From: Nitrosopumilus sp.
Lineage (GTDB): Archaea; Thermoproteota; Nitrososphaeria; Nitrososphaerales; Nitrosopumilaceae
DNA length: 64,000 nucleotides
NCBI GenBank assembly: GCA_965207445.1
Contig: CBDBLX010000002.1
Span: 544,001 to 608,000 of the forward strand
Direction: 5' to 3'
Positions 21,720 through 33,145 of the stretch are shown in pieces (position 1 is the stretch's first letter; each line of letters opens with the position of its first letter). Under the pieces are notes generated by a model that saw only the letters and a program-made list of their open reading frames with translations, had not been told where the DNA came from and did no database searches. The position numbers and the translations under genes were made by a program.

Positions 21720-23465
21720 ATGTATCGCACTATATTCATAATTAGTGTCATTGTACTTGTATCATTTGTTGTTATACATGAAATCCCTGTGTCTTTTGCA
21801 CAGGTGATCGATTATCCTGATCTTGGAGTTAGAGTAGAGACTGTTGCAGATAATCTCAAAGTACCATGGAGCATAGATTGGTTATCAGATGATATCATGA
21901 TAATTACTGAGAGGGGTGGAACCCTTTATGTTCTTAAAAGTGAAAATGATAGATTTCCAATATTGTCACTTGACGTTCAGGGCGGTGAAGGGGGACTACT
22001 TGGTGTTGCAGTGGATCCAGATTTTGAGGTAAATTCGTATATCTACATATATTACACATATGGTGATCTCTTTTCTCTTTACAACAAGGTTGTTCGTTAT
22101 CAATACGATGATTCAGACGATACCATAGTGCTATCAAATGTGCATACGGTAATTGACAAGATACCTGGAAGCTCTTTTCATGATGGGGGGCGCATTCAAT
22201 TTGGCCCTGATGGTATGTTGTATGTTGCAACTGGTGACGCAGGAAACCCCGATCTCTCCCAAGATGTAAACTCGCTTGCAGGAAAAATATTACGAATCAA
22301 CTCTGATGGTTCAATACCTGATGATAATCCTTGGGAAGACTCACCTGTATACTCTATGGGACATCGTAACCCTCAGGGCATGGATTGGACTAGTGATGGT
22401 ATTATGATCATAACTGAGCACGGGCCGTCGGGATGGGTTGGTACGGGACATGATGAGATAAACGTAATTAAACCTGGCAAAAACTATGGTTGGCCATACG
22501 TGATAGGCGACAAAGCGGTTACTGACACTGACATCAATGTGTACCAAGATCCTTTGTTTCATACTGGATATGAGACTTGGGCCCCATCTGGTTCTGAGTT
22601 TTATGAATCAAATGAAATTCCAGAATGGCATAACAAATACTTTGTGGCCAGTTTACGTGGGCAGAGTTTGTGGATGCTAGACATTGTTTCTAATGATACA
22701 CTGTCAGTAAAATCATCTACTGCATTATTTTCAAATGAATTTGGTAGACTACGTGATGTTCAGACTGGCCCTGATGGGTACTTGTATGTGCTGACTAGCA
22801 ATCAAGATGGTCGTGGTGTACCTAAATTGGCAGATGATAAGATATTTCGCATTGTACCATTGTATGATTCTGTCATTTTAGATGATATGATGGCAACAAC
22901 AAATACCAAACAACAAAAACTTACGACATTTTCATATGATGGTAATGAGACTGCTAGTACGGGACCACTTTATGCATCAGTCAGACATCCTGGATATGAT
23001 GTACATGATTTTTCATTTAACATTACACAAAAAAGTATGGCGTTTGAGTTTGCTTTACAATCAAATACTCTAGTGAATGAATCTCTTTCTTCAGATGAGC
23101 GGCTTAAGAAGTATGAAGAAAGTATGTTACAATCAAATACTCTAGTGAATGAATCTCTTTCTTTGTATATCCAAAAACCTCTCTTATCTCCTCCATTTGA
23201 GATAATAATATATGATGATTTTGGAAATTTATCTTATGATAATAATGTGGATGTAAAATATAATCAAGATAATTACATCGTTGTGTTTGATCCAAGAATT
23301 GAAAGTGGACGTATTATGATAATTGGAACTCATGTTATACCTGAATACGAATATGTCATGGTTATAATGTTTATATCTACTATTATACTATTTAGTAGTG
23401 TATTGTTATACCGAAGATTTGGTTTTGGATTATTTTACAATGTTTATGTACAACATATGAAATAA
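21720..23465 (+). CDS. PQQ-dependent sugar (glucose/sorbosone) dehydrogenase family, PEF-like C-terminal anchor
   Basis: GEGGLLG, HDGGRIQFGPDG, GHRNPQG, NYGWP, GRLRDV; VIPEY + TM + RR; 37-bp internal duplication at 23055 and 23127. Confidence 0.9.
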   Translation: MYRTIFIISVIVLVSFVVIHEIPVSFAQVIDYPDLGVRVETVADNLKVPWSIDWLSDDIMIITERGGTLYVLKSENDRFPILSLDVQGGEGGLLGVAVDPDFEVNSYIYIYYTYGDLFSLYNKVVRYQYDDSDDTIVLSNVHTVIDKIPGSSFHDGGRIQFGPDGMLYVATGDAGNPDLSQDVNSLAGKILRINSDGSIPDDNPWEDSPVYSMGHRNPQGMDWTSDGIMIITEHGPSGWVGTGHDEINVIKPGKNYGWPYVIGDKAVTDTDINVYQDPLFHTGYETWAPSGSEFYESNEIPEWHNKYFVASLRGQSLWMLDIVSNDTLSVKSSTALFSNEFGRLRDVQTGPDGYLYVLTSNQDGRGVPKLADDKIFRIVPLYDSVILDDMMATTNTKQQKLTTFSYDGNETASTGPLYASVRHPGYDVHDFSFNITQKSMAFEFALQSNTLVNESLSSDERLKKYEESMLQSNTLVNESLSLYIQKPLLSPPFEIIIYDDFGNLSYDNNVDVKYNQDNYIVVFDPRIESGRIMIIGTHVIPEYEYVMVIMFISTIILFSSVLLYRRFGFGLFYNVYVQHMK

Positions 23466-23536
23466 TGATAATTTGTGATATGTGTTTTAGATCTTATTAC
23501 ATCTCAGAGACATCATACTTTTTGGCGATGTTTCTA

Positions 23537-24076
23537 TTATGGTGATGTTTCTATTATGGCGATGCCTATTGCTTCTCCAAAATAGTATCCTGCTAGAATT
23601 GTAATACATGCCCACACTGCTGATCCCGCATATGTGTATATTACAAATTTTACCGTGTTCATTTTTAGCAAACCTGCTGGTATTGATATCATTTCTCTCA
23701 TTACCGGTACAATCCTACAAATGAATACTGCCTTGTCTCCATGTTTTTCAAACCATTGTTCTACCTGCTCTAGTTTTTCTTCTGATATGCGCATCTTGTT
23801 GAGATACCTGAGCATTACAACTCTGCCCAACTTTAGTGCTATTACATATATGGCAGTTGAACCTACTGTGGCACCTGCTGCCCCTAGTATCACAAGTGGA
23901 ATTAACCCCTCTAGTGGAATTCCATTTTGTGATGCTACAAACCCTGCTGTTGGAAACACTGCAAGTGTTGGGATGGGTGGAATTATGGTCTCAATTAAAG
24001 CCACTAAAAAGACACCTTCGTACAGATGTTCTCCTAACAATTGTGTAATCCAAGCTAGGATCTCTTCGAGTTGCAT
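23537..24076 (-). CDS. DedA family membrane protein
   Basis: PPIP, WFEKHG..AVF..R.VP..R..ISIPAG. Confidence 0.92.
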   Translation of the reverse strand: MQLEEILAWITQLLGEHLYEGVFLVALIETIIPPIPTLAVFPTAGFVASQNGIPLEGLIPLVILGAAGATVGSTAIYVIALKLGRVVMLRYLNKMRISEEKLEQVEQWFEKHGDKAVFICRIVPVMREMISIPAGLLKMNTVKFVIYTYAGSAVWACITILAGYYFGEAIGIAIIETSP

Positions 24077-24240
24077 GTTATTGTGAGTTAACTACCCTTT
24101 ACTAAATTGCTATTCTTGTGCCGTTTTATAATTATGTCATAATAATGTGCAGGGTAATTGTTGTTTTTGAATTTGTTACGATGTATAGTCAGCCAAGATC
24201 TAGGCAATTTCCTATATATCAGTATATTTTGAGGATCTGT

Positions 24241-24846
24241 ATGGGAACAAAAAAGATCGCTATAATTGCAGCAATTATAATTATAGGTTCTGGTGCTGGT
24301 TATGCAATATCGCCATATTTTACAGAATCTACGATAAACGAACCTATGCCAAAGGGAGCAATTATGCCTACTACCATTGTTGTTAATAATAACGAAGATG
24401 TTGATAAAATATCTTCTATAGATGACAACATGCCTGACGCATTTGATAATCTTGATGAAGTGAGTACTGATGTTAATGTCGTTGGCACTGATGTTACATC
24501 TATGTCAGATAATATGATACCTGTCTCTTATGCAGGGACATTTATCGGTGTTGGAGATGGTATACATGATGCTGGAGGACGTGCGTATACGATTCCACTT
24601 GAAGATGGAAATTCTGTATTACGTCTAGAGGACTTTTACTCTACAAATGGACCTGGATTGCGTGTTTATCTTGCTACTGACAAAACAGCTTCTGATTATT
24701 TGAGTCTTGGAGATCTAAAAGCAAATCGTGGAAACCAGAATTATCAACTTTCAGATGATATAGACTTGGAAAAATATAATCATGTATTAATATGGTGTGA
24801 ACCATTTAGCGTGCTTTTTGGAAGTGCGCAACTTTATGGACAATAA
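24241..24846 (+). CDS. DM13 domain protein
   Basis: GPGLRVYL, LGDLKANRGNQNY, VLIWCEPFSVLFGSA; N-terminal anchor. Confidence 0.88.
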   Translation: MGTKKIAIIAAIIIIGSGAGYAISPYFTESTINEPMPKGAIMPTTIVVNNNEDVDKISSIDDNMPDAFDNLDEVSTDVNVVGTDVTSMSDNMIPVSYAGTFIGVGDGIHDAGGRAYTIPLEDGNSVLRLEDFYSTNGPGLRVYLATDKTASDYLSLGDLKANRGNQNYQLSDDIDLEKYNHVLIWCEPFSVLFGSAQLYGQ

Positions 24847-25082
24847 TATATTTATGTGTACTTTTGTGTGAACTAATATTCTTTATATAATTTTTTAAAT
24901 ATGTATAATAAAATTATATCTAAAAATTATATCTAAAAATTATGAAATTTTTCCTCTTACCTATGTCTAACATGTAGATTGTCAATTGTTTACAGATGTA
25001 TAAAATTCTAGTTTAGTGATAATTTTTGAGTTTAATATTGCCTAAGACATATGTTAATAATGGTTTTATATTATAATATTAT

Positions 25083-25604
25083 ATGAAAACTTATCGATTT
25101 TTGGAGCATGCTACTGATGCTATAATTGAAACCAAATCAGATACAATAGAAAATGCATTTTTGGCCGCGGCCGATGCTGTAGTAAACTTGACTATTGATA
25201 AGAATTCTGTAAATGAAAAAGAGTCAATTACATTCAAAGCATATGGTGAAAACTTGCATTATTTGTTGTACAGTTGGCTTGAAGAGATAATCTATGTACT
25301 GATTACACAAGGATTTGCAATACGGCGCATTACAATTGATGGCAAGTCGTTTCCAGAGTCTATGTTAACTGTGCCTGTTGATGTTTCTTCTGACACTCAT
25401 TCTATTGATGCACACTCCAATGACAACTCGACGCAACCAAATATCAATCATGATTCACTCTACATATGTGCAAAGGCTTTTGGTGAGCCTATAGATCTGC
25501 ATCGTCATGGATTCAAGGTAGAGATCAAAGCGCCTACGTTTCATGATATGGTAATTGAAAAAAATCGTGGTTACATAACGATGAGGTTTTTACTTGATTT
25601 GTAA
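25083..25604 (+). CDS. Archease
   Basis: YRFLEHATD, VEIKAPTFH, C-terminal LDL; insertion of about 25 aa. Confidence 0.92.
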   Translation: MKTYRFLEHATDAIIETKSDTIENAFLAAADAVVNLTIDKNSVNEKESITFKAYGENLHYLLYSWLEEIIYVLITQGFAIRRITIDGKSFPESMLTVPVDVSSDTHSIDAHSNDNSTQPNINHDSLYICAKAFGEPIDLHRHGFKVEIKAPTFHDMVIEKNRGYITMRFLLDL

Positions 25605-25786
25605 GCCGTGTGTTGAGAAATACACTTTTTGTATTATAAATTTGTTAAATATAATAACATTCGTTAAAAGATCTACAAGATTAAAAATAGCCAAATTCCT
25701 ATTTTATTGCGTTTTTAACATGTTGTATAGATTTGTGCTAGATTAACGAATCATGTTTACATGAATAACGTCTTGTGCTTGAATGT

Positions 25787-25868
25787 GTAACCGTTCAACC
25801 CCCATACCTGCGCTAGACGTTAGGCAGTGAATTTGTGCCTAAATTTGGGAAAAGGGTTGAACGGTTAT
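25787..25868 (-). mobile_element. MITE copy 2, inverted orientation
   Basis: Same TIRs and core; flanked by TTGAATGT direct repeat (probable 8-9 bp TSD). Confidence 0.85.
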
Positions 25869-25918
25869 TTTGAATGTTGAGTGTACCCTTTTAAACAAAC
25901 TATGTCATCTATATTCAT

Positions 25919-28072
25919 ATGCATATTAATCAGCTTGTTGTGATTGTTGCATTTGTAATGATCGTATCTGTTGCTACACTGACTGTACTTCCACTTGGCA
26001 TACCTGCACATGCCACGCCCACAATAAATTTTGGGCTTTCTGAATCGGTGTATGATCTTGGTAGTGACTTTAATGTACAATTTTCATTTACGGGTAAAGT
26101 TGTTGGTGCTTTTGATGATGATGATACTAGTGGGTCTTTGCTAAATGTGGTTGTGAAAAAGGAACATGGTCCTCAAACTTTACTCTCTGGGCTCTTGGAC
26201 TCTGAGAATCAATTCGTCACATCCCCGCGTATCATATCTGATGTATTCAAAACCGATGGGCAATATACTGCAACTGCATTTCTCTCTTCTCAAAGCGTGG
26301 AAAATGGTTCATCAATTAAACTAGAATTTAAAAACAACTTGTTGTATGAGCATACTGATTACCAACTATTACTAAATGATATATCTGATCGTACAGTGGA
26401 CGAAGGTGAGACTGTCTCATTTACAATCAAAGTCCGTGACAGTTCTGTTGATGGAATAGTATACAAGTTCTCAGGTATTGTACATCCAGGGGCCACACTT
26501 GACCCGAACACTGGTCTGTTTTCATGGACTCCTGACTCTCAGAAAGGATCAAAGACTGGTGCGTTGTACAAGTTTCAAGTCACAGCATCTAAAGTTCAAT
26601 TTGAGGATACAAAAACGTTCACCATCACTGTTATTGACTCTGAGACAAACTCTGTTGTTGTTGATAATGATGCTGTTGATAACGATGCTGTTGATAACGA
26701 TGTTACTAATATTGGCACTACTATTACTACTGGTACTACTAATACTAATGGCAATAACAACAACAACGCAGCGGACCCTCCAATTCATACAATAACACTC
26801 AAAGTACCTGCTTTGTTTGTTGATGCAAACGTTGACTCTCAGACATATGTTGATCGTTACAATACTGATGATGCATTCAAAGCGTGGTTTGATGAACACT
26901 ACTCAGAATATGATTCCATCTATCATGCAGTTGGACTACCAGACCCAGATGCCATACCGTCTCAAACCACCTCATCATCTGAATCAAACAATGTGAACGT
27001 GGCCCCATTTGTAGACCCCTCAGTAGACCCTCAGACATATATCGATCGATACAACAACGAGCCTCAATTCAAAGCGTGGTTTGATGATAATTATGCATCC
27101 GAATATTCTACGATATATGATGCTGTGGGATTACTCCAAGTTCCTGCATCATTTGTAGACCCCTCAGTAGACCCTCAGACATATATCGATCGATACAACA
27201 ACGAGCCTCAATTCAAAGCGTGGTTTGATGAACACTACTCAGAATATGATTCCATCTATCATGCAGTTGGATTACCTATAGTTGTGGCAGATGAGGATGT
27301 GATGATTGATACTGGTAGTGGTGATGATAATACTATAGATGATAATACTATAGATGATAATACTATAGATGATACAACAAATGATTCTGTTGATGATAAT
27401 TCTGAATCTGATCTTGTAATAAAAGAATTGCCGCCTCCTGTTATCGCACCTGGTGCCATTGTTCCATCTGGACTAGAATTACAACCCGGTCAAGAGTTTG
27501 GCCAATGCGGTGAGGGTACAGAGCTTGTGGATAACTATTGTGTAATTATTGGTACTGAACCTCCTCCTTCAATTAATACTGCATCTGCATCAGATGATGA
27601 TGATGATAATAATATGGATATCAATGATGTAAACGATGATACTGATCAAGGTGGTTGTCTTATTGCAACTGCTGTGTATGGCTCTGAGATGGCTCCTCAA
27701 GTACAACTACTTCGAGAGATACGTGACAATCAACTAATGCAGACCCATGTGGGTGCATCATTTATGATTGGGTTCAATGATCTGTACTATTCATTTTCAC
27801 CATATGTTGCTGATTATGAGCGTGAAAACTATTTGTTCAAAGATGCTACTCGTATGCTTTTGACACCAATGTTAACCACATTACACATTATGACATATGC
27901 TGATTCTGAATCAAAGGTACTTGTTTATGGTATTATGGTAATATTACTAAACATTCTCATATATGTTGGTGCTCCTGCAATATCTGCATTGTACTCGTTT
28001 AGATACTTTGTACGTATGAATAATGTCGTATGTGATGCGCACAGTGCTAATGGAGGTGTAACAAAAAGATGA
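25919..28072 (+). CDS. Surface protein: Ig/cadherin-like domain, three DPQxYxDRY repeats, CFI-box-CTERM
   Basis: Signal peptide; TGLFSWTP; repeats; GGCLIATAVYGSEMAPQVQLLREIRD plus TM. Confidence 0.85.
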   Translation: MHINQLVVIVAFVMIVSVATLTVLPLGIPAHATPTINFGLSESVYDLGSDFNVQFSFTGKVVGAFDDDDTSGSLLNVVVKKEHGPQTLLSGLLDSENQFVTSPRIISDVFKTDGQYTATAFLSSQSVENGSSIKLEFKNNLLYEHTDYQLLLNDISDRTVDEGETVSFTIKVRDSSVDGIVYKFSGIVHPGATLDPNTGLFSWTPDSQKGSKTGALYKFQVTASKVQFEDTKTFTITVIDSETNSVVVDNDAVDNDAVDNDVTNIGTTITTGTTNTNGNNNNNAADPPIHTITLKVPALFVDANVDSQTYVDRYNTDDAFKAWFDEHYSEYDSIYHAVGLPDPDAIPSQTTSSSESNNVNVAPFVDPSVDPQTYIDRYNNEPQFKAWFDDNYASEYSTIYDAVGLLQVPASFVDPSVDPQTYIDRYNNEPQFKAWFDEHYSEYDSIYHAVGLPIVVADEDVMIDTGSGDDNTIDDNTIDDNTIDDTTNDSVDDNSESDLVIKELPPPVIAPGAIVPSGLELQPGQEFGQCGEGTELVDNYCVIIGTEPPPSINTASASDDDDDNNMDINDVNDDTDQGGCLIATAVYGSEMAPQVQLLREIRDNQLMQTHVGASFMIGFNDLYYSFSPYVADYERENYLFKDATRMLLTPMLTTLHIMTYADSESKVLVYGIMVILLNILIYVGAPAISALYSFRYFVRMNNVVCDAHSANGGVTKR

Positions 28073-31000
28073 CGCTGACACAAAATTATCGGCACTCTGT
28101 TACTGTTATTGTGTCTGTTGTGTTGGTAGCTTTTGCTGTTTTCATGATATCTCACATGAATGATACATATGCTACTATTGCTTTTTCTGCTGAGTTTGGT
28201 ACTATAGGACAAACAAATGAAAAACTAGCTGATCCAACTGATATTATTTTAAATCGTCACGGTTCTACCATACTTGTTGTGCATGGTGGGGATGATAAAA
28301 TAAGCAAGTTTTATTACACATCACCAAACGATTACAAGATCGCTACACCTAATAGTGCATTTACTGAGAACAATCGCCATATTGCCAACCCATCTTCTAT
28401 TGAGCGTATAGAAAAAGATTATTTTGTACTTGATGGTACAAATGTTCATGTATTTGATGATGATGGTTCATACACGACGACTTTTGCAGGTAATAAAATA
28501 AAAACACCTACTGATATTGCCGTTCATGCACCACTAAAATTGGCATTTGTGTCAGATACGTCTGGTGATAAAATACATGTTTTCCACACCAATGGCACTT
28601 ACAAGTATGATGTGAATAAACTTACTAATCATGATTCAATGAGTGATCCTGGTGGTGTTGCAGTTGATCCGTCATCTGATTACTTGTATGTATCGGACTC
28701 TAAGAAGAATCGAATAGCAGTATTCAAGTTACTTGATGATAGACGTTTGTGCCCTGTTCAAACAGCCCAAGTTAAACCAGGTGTCTGTTTTGTACATGCA
28801 TTTGGTACATCTGGCGGTGATAATGCTCAATTTACGAATCCTACCAAATTAACAGTTGACATTATTCCAAATGGTAGAGGTGACTTGTATGTATCTGATA
28901 CAAACAACGATCGTATACAGATATTTCGGTTCACTGATAGTGGTGGCAGTAGTTGTCCTGATGGAACAAAAAATGTCACGACTGTATCAAATATTGCAAA
29001 TGCCAATGTCTGTTTTGTTGGTCAGATTGGTACGAGTGGTAATGGTGATGAACAGTTTAAGAAACCCACTGGCATTGCAATTGATTCTAAAAAACGATTG
29101 TTGTATGTAGCAGATACTGGAAACGATCGTATTCAAGTCATAACACTTGACGCGCAGGCAGATGATTCCTCTGATTCTTCGTCTAATACCTCTACGACTA
29201 TTCAATCTGCCACCAAACCAAACTCCCCTCGTGGCGTCACTGCTATTCCGACCTCACCTGAATCAATCCTTGTACAATGGACCGAACCTATCCCAAGAGG
29301 AGATCCACCGATCCAAATAATTGGATACAAAATAGATGTTAGAGAAAAGATTACTGGACAGAATACACAATCTGACTTTCAGACAATCGTCACCAGAACT
29401 AGTACAAATGCTACTTCTATTCACCACACAAACCTAGAGCCAAACAAGACGTACACATACAGAGTACATGCTATTGGCCCTGGTGGTGATACGGCTGCTA
29501 CTAGTCTTTCAAGTGAAACTACATCTGCAACACCTACTAAAAGCAACAAACCAATCATTATACAAGGTGTGGCACTTTCACCAAAGCAAATAAAGATAAC
29601 ATGGCTACCACCGTCTGATACACTTGGACAGTCTATTGCGAGTTATACAATAAAAAAGATATTCTCCGCAAATAATAACATAGATGTTGGTGTTGTTAGT
29701 GGCTCAAAGACTAGTTTCGTATATCCTGTAAGTCCATCTGAGACAAAAGTTGAGCTAGCCGTCGTGGCTACGTTTGCATTTGGGTCTAGTCCTCTGTCTG
29801 ACACGATTACTATTAATGTTGACTCTGACTCTTCTCATTCTGGAATAATCGAGACACCTGATGTTCCAAATACCAAGTTGACTGCCCCAACCCCGCCTAC
29901 AAGAGTTCAGGCAGAATCAGTCTCAGATACCCGTATCGATATATCTTGGAGGGCTCCTACTAGTGATGGTAACACGCCAATTACTGGTTATACTATAGAG
30001 GCCAAAAAAGATGGAACATCTGACTTTATAGTACTTGCTCGTGATATTAGTTCTACTAGATACCAGCACAATGTTGATGCGGGTTCGGCGTATACATATC
30101 GTATCTATGCTACAAATGCTATTGGTGAGAGTTTGACATCGCACGAATCTTCTGCAACAGCACGCTCTGTGGGCATAAAACTGTCTCCAATCAATAGTAT
30201 CGTTGTGGATGTGGGCAAACTTGCAACGTTTACTGCTAAAATCTCAAGTGACTCTTCGTCTTTTATAACATTTAGACTCTCCGATAATGCTCCATCAGAT
30301 GCCCGTATATCAAATACTGGTGTGTTTCGATGGACACCTTCCTCTGATCATGGCGGTGACTCTTTTGTCTTTGATGTAATTGTAACTCAAGGACAACACA
30401 CTGATACAGAATCTGTTCGTATAAGGGTAAATACTGTCGTTGTAATTCCCGAGACCCCTCAAACATCACAACCTGCATCACAGACATCTCCTGAGCAATC
30501 ATCTGACTCTGCGTCCCAACTAAATTCTGAACCCAAACTAGCTGAATTTGTAGAAGATGATGTAGATCCACAGACCTATATTGACAGATACAACAACGAA
30601 CCTCAATTCAAAGAATGGTTTGATGAACACTATCTTGATAGATTCGACTCTATATATGATGCAGTTGGTGTACTAGAGATACCTGCTGAATTTGTAGATG
30701 CATCACATGAGCCTCAATATTACATTGACAGATACAACAACGAACCTCAATTCAAAGAATGGTTTGATGAACACTATTCAGAGTACGAATCTATACATCA
30801 TGCTGTGGGACTACAAGTAGAAATAATAAAAGATGAAGAAGATCTTGTACGCCCATTACCACGACTTGATGTACCGCTTGCTCCATTTGTTGATGAATCA
30901 GAAGATCCTATGACATATGTAAATCGATACAACACTGATGACTCTTTTAAAGAGTGGTTTGATGAGCATTATGCATTAGAGTACAATACCATATATCGTG

Positions 31001-31302
31001 CAGTGGGGTTGCTTGATGTCCCTGCTCCATTTGTTGATGAATCAGAAGATCCTATGACATATGTAAATCGATACAACACTGATGACTCTTTTAAAGAGTG
31101 GTTTGATGAGTACTATTCTGAATATTTGTCAATATATCATGCAGTAGGATTACCAGATCCACTACTATTCAATGGCAGTAATGTTATAGATGAGATGCCT
31201 GTAATTCAATATGGCATATGTGGGCCTGGTACCATGTTAATCGAAGGTATATGTACTATTATTATTGATGATGATGATGGTAATAATGACGATGGCACGT
31301 GA
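28069..31302 (+). CDS. Secreted NHL-repeat / fibronectin III / Ig protein with four DPQxYxDRY repeats
   Basis: F..P.GIA.D...YVADTGNDRIQV repeats; LEPNKTYTYRVHA and SDGNTPITGY FN3 motifs; ATGA overlap with upstream gene. Confidence 0.85.
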   Translation: MTLTQNYRHSVTVIVSVVLVAFAVFMISHMNDTYATIAFSAEFGTIGQTNEKLADPTDIILNRHGSTILVVHGGDDKISKFYYTSPNDYKIATPNSAFTENNRHIANPSSIERIEKDYFVLDGTNVHVFDDDGSYTTTFAGNKIKTPTDIAVHAPLKLAFVSDTSGDKIHVFHTNGTYKYDVNKLTNHDSMSDPGGVAVDPSSDYLYVSDSKKNRIAVFKLLDDRRLCPVQTAQVKPGVCFVHAFGTSGGDNAQFTNPTKLTVDIIPNGRGDLYVSDTNNDRIQIFRFTDSGGSSCPDGTKNVTTVSNIANANVCFVGQIGTSGNGDEQFKKPTGIAIDSKKRLLYVADTGNDRIQVITLDAQADDSSDSSSNTSTTIQSATKPNSPRGVTAIPTSPESILVQWTEPIPRGDPPIQIIGYKIDVREKITGQNTQSDFQTIVTRTSTNATSIHHTNLEPNKTYTYRVHAIGPGGDTAATSLSSETTSATPTKSNKPIIIQGVALSPKQIKITWLPPSDTLGQSIASYTIKKIFSANNNIDVGVVSGSKTSFVYPVSPSETKVELAVVATFAFGSSPLSDTITINVDSDSSHSGIIETPDVPNTKLTAPTPPTRVQAESVSDTRIDISWRAPTSDGNTPITGYTIEAKKDGTSDFIVLARDISSTRYQHNVDAGSAYTYRIYATNAIGESLTSHESSATARSVGIKLSPINSIVVDVGKLATFTAKISSDSSSFITFRLSDNAPSDARISNTGVFRWTPSSDHGGDSFVFDVIVTQGQHTDTESVRIRVNTVVVIPETPQTSQPASQTSPEQSSDSASQLNSEPKLAEFVEDDVDPQTYIDRYNNEPQFKEWFDEHYLDRFDSIYDAVGVLEIPAEFVDASHEPQYYIDRYNNEPQFKEWFDEHYSEYESIHHAVGLQVEIIKDEEDLVRPLPRLDVPLAPFVDESEDPMTYVNRYNTDDSFKEWFDEHYALEYNTIYRAVGLLDVPAPFVDESEDPMTYVNRYNTDDSFKEWFDEYYSEYLSIYHAVGLPDPLLFNGSNVIDEMPVIQYGICGPGTMLIEGICTIIIDDDDGNNDDGT

Positions 31303-31565
31303 CTGTTCAATATTCCTCTAATCACTTATTTATACTCTGATAAGTTGCTTTGTTTTATTTGATACATAATTGAATACATGTAATCTTACTTGCCCCGCCA
31401 TCACCCATACTGTAACAAGGAGATCAACATGTATACAGTTACATTTGATGTTATGTCATATACAATCATCAATTATTTTTAATGATTTTGGTGGGGTGAA
31501 TCCTTTGATTGCATATAGATTGAGCTTGACAGCTAACTTTTAATCACTATCAATATTACGTCAAT

Positions 31566-31733
31566 ATGATGGGCAACCTGGCACGAAAACTTCGGATATG
31601 TGGGCACTGTGGAATTGTATATGCTTCTGTGAGCTTTACACAATATATTGACTATTGTCCTATTTGCAAGTCACGACGCTACGAGTCTGTTTCAATCAAG
31701 GATAGGGTGTATGATAACAATGACACAAATTAA
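31566..31733 (+). CDS. Small zinc-ribbon protein (55 aa)
   Basis: Hand-translated MMGNLARKLRICGHCGIVYASVSFTQYIDYCPICKSRRY...; two CxxC. Confidence 0.6.
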   Translation: MMGNLARKLRICGHCGIVYASVSFTQYIDYCPICKSRRYESVSIKDRVYDNNDTN

Positions 31734-31759
31734 TTATATTGCTTACTTGAGATCTATGT

Positions 31760-32212
31760 GTGATTTGTATGGATAACAACAATGATGATAATGATCCCGA
31801 CATACAAGAGATAATGCGGCGCAAGATGCAAGACATGCTAAACCAGCAAAAGCATGGGCAACCCTCGGCATCCTCGCAACCATCGCAACCATCCGCTCAA
31901 CATGTAATCAATCTCACATCTGCAACATTTGATCAGACTATATCATTGCCTCAACTTACACTTGTTGACTTTTGGGCAGAGTGGTGTGGTCCTTGCAGAA
32001 CAATGCATCCTGCGTTTGAAGAGGCCAACTTGTCGTATCCGAACATAACATTTGCTCGAGTAAATGTGGATGAATGTCGTGATATTGCAGCTCGATTCAA
32101 CATTAACTCAATACCCACTTTTGTCATGTTTAACTCTGGCAAGATTGTTGATACTGTTATGGGTGCTGTGGGACTGCAGGGAATACGTACACTGTGTCAA
32201 AGACACTCTTAG
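31760..32212 (+). CDS. trxA: Thioredoxin
   Basis: VDFWAEWCGPC, SIPT. Confidence 0.93.
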   Translation: MICMDNNNDDNDPDIQEIMRRKMQDMLNQQKHGQPSASSQPSQPSAQHVINLTSATFDQTISLPQLTLVDFWAEWCGPCRTMHPAFEEANLSYPNITFARVNVDECRDIAARFNINSIPTFVMFNSGKIVDTVMGAVGLQGIRTLCQRHS

Positions 32213-32374
32213 TTGTCATTTCTCTTTTTTTCTATTTGATTTGTTTGTATATATGTATATATAATATGTATATATAATATGTGTATATGATATATGTGAA
32301 TATAAATATATATATAATATATGTGAATAATTGGATTTTCATATATAATACTCATATAATTGATGTGCCCATGA

Positions 32375-33145
32375 CTAGTACCCATATGCTGGGTCTTTTG
32401 TTCTCTGTATCTGTATGATCTTTTCTAATACCTGCTGCTCGTTTTGGCCTAGTTTGTTCCAAAACCTGTTTAGTAGATCTTTTACCTCTCGTGATGATGG
32501 TGCTGTATAGTATGTTTGTCCTTCTATTACTTGTCTTCCTATAGTGACGTTGTTTACAGAGCATGCTACTTCTTGTCCCATCGTTGCAACTGGCACTGTC
32601 TTTTTGTCAAGTTGCATCTGGTGTATCGTACCTATCTTTCTTGCTGATTCGTTGATAAATGGAACTTTTTGACGCAGCGTCCCTATATCCACACGTATAC
32701 CAAACACTGCTGGATTGTTATTCCTAAATGACATATCTTTGAGAAATGTAAATTTTGCAATGGGTGTAATCTCTGAAAATATTGCCTCCTCCTCATTTGC
32801 CGAGTCTTCTGCCACCCATGCACTATACGAGTCGATCATACTGTACAGTACTTTGTCCTCGAATATTCGTATGTGTCCTTCTTCTGCCTCTTCTTTTGCA
32901 TCTGGTAGTATCTTTGTATTAAATGCCAATACAATTCCCAAATGCCTGTCTTTTTCCTTTATCGCTTTTGCCTGTACAATATCGCGCCTATTGACAGGAC
33001 CAATATCTGCTTTTGATATGGGAATTTTGGCTTCATTTAGCATTGATGTGACTGCTTCAAGTGATCCTATTGTATCGCATTTGAGTATAATGCCCTTTGT
33101 CTGCATATCTTCAACAAATACCGATCTCATCTCCTCTTCTATCAT
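32375..33145 (-). CDS. infB: aIF5B C-terminal half (domains III-IV), out of frame with N-terminal half
   Basis: KCDTIGSLEA, IGPVNRRD, FRNNNPAVFGI, GQEVA. Confidence 0.85.
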   Translation of the reverse strand: MIEEEMRSVFVEDMQTKGIILKCDTIGSLEAVTSMLNEAKIPISKADIGPVNRRDIVQAKAIKEKDRHLGIVLAFNTKILPDAKEEAEEGHIRIFEDKVLYSMIDSYSAWVAEDSANEEEAIFSEITPIAKFTFLKDMSFRNNNPAVFGIRVDIGTLRQKVPFINESARKIGTIHQMQLDKKTVPVATMGQEVACSVNNVTIGRQVIEGQTYYTAPSSREVKDLLNRFWNKLGQNEQQVLEKIIQIQRTKDPAYGY

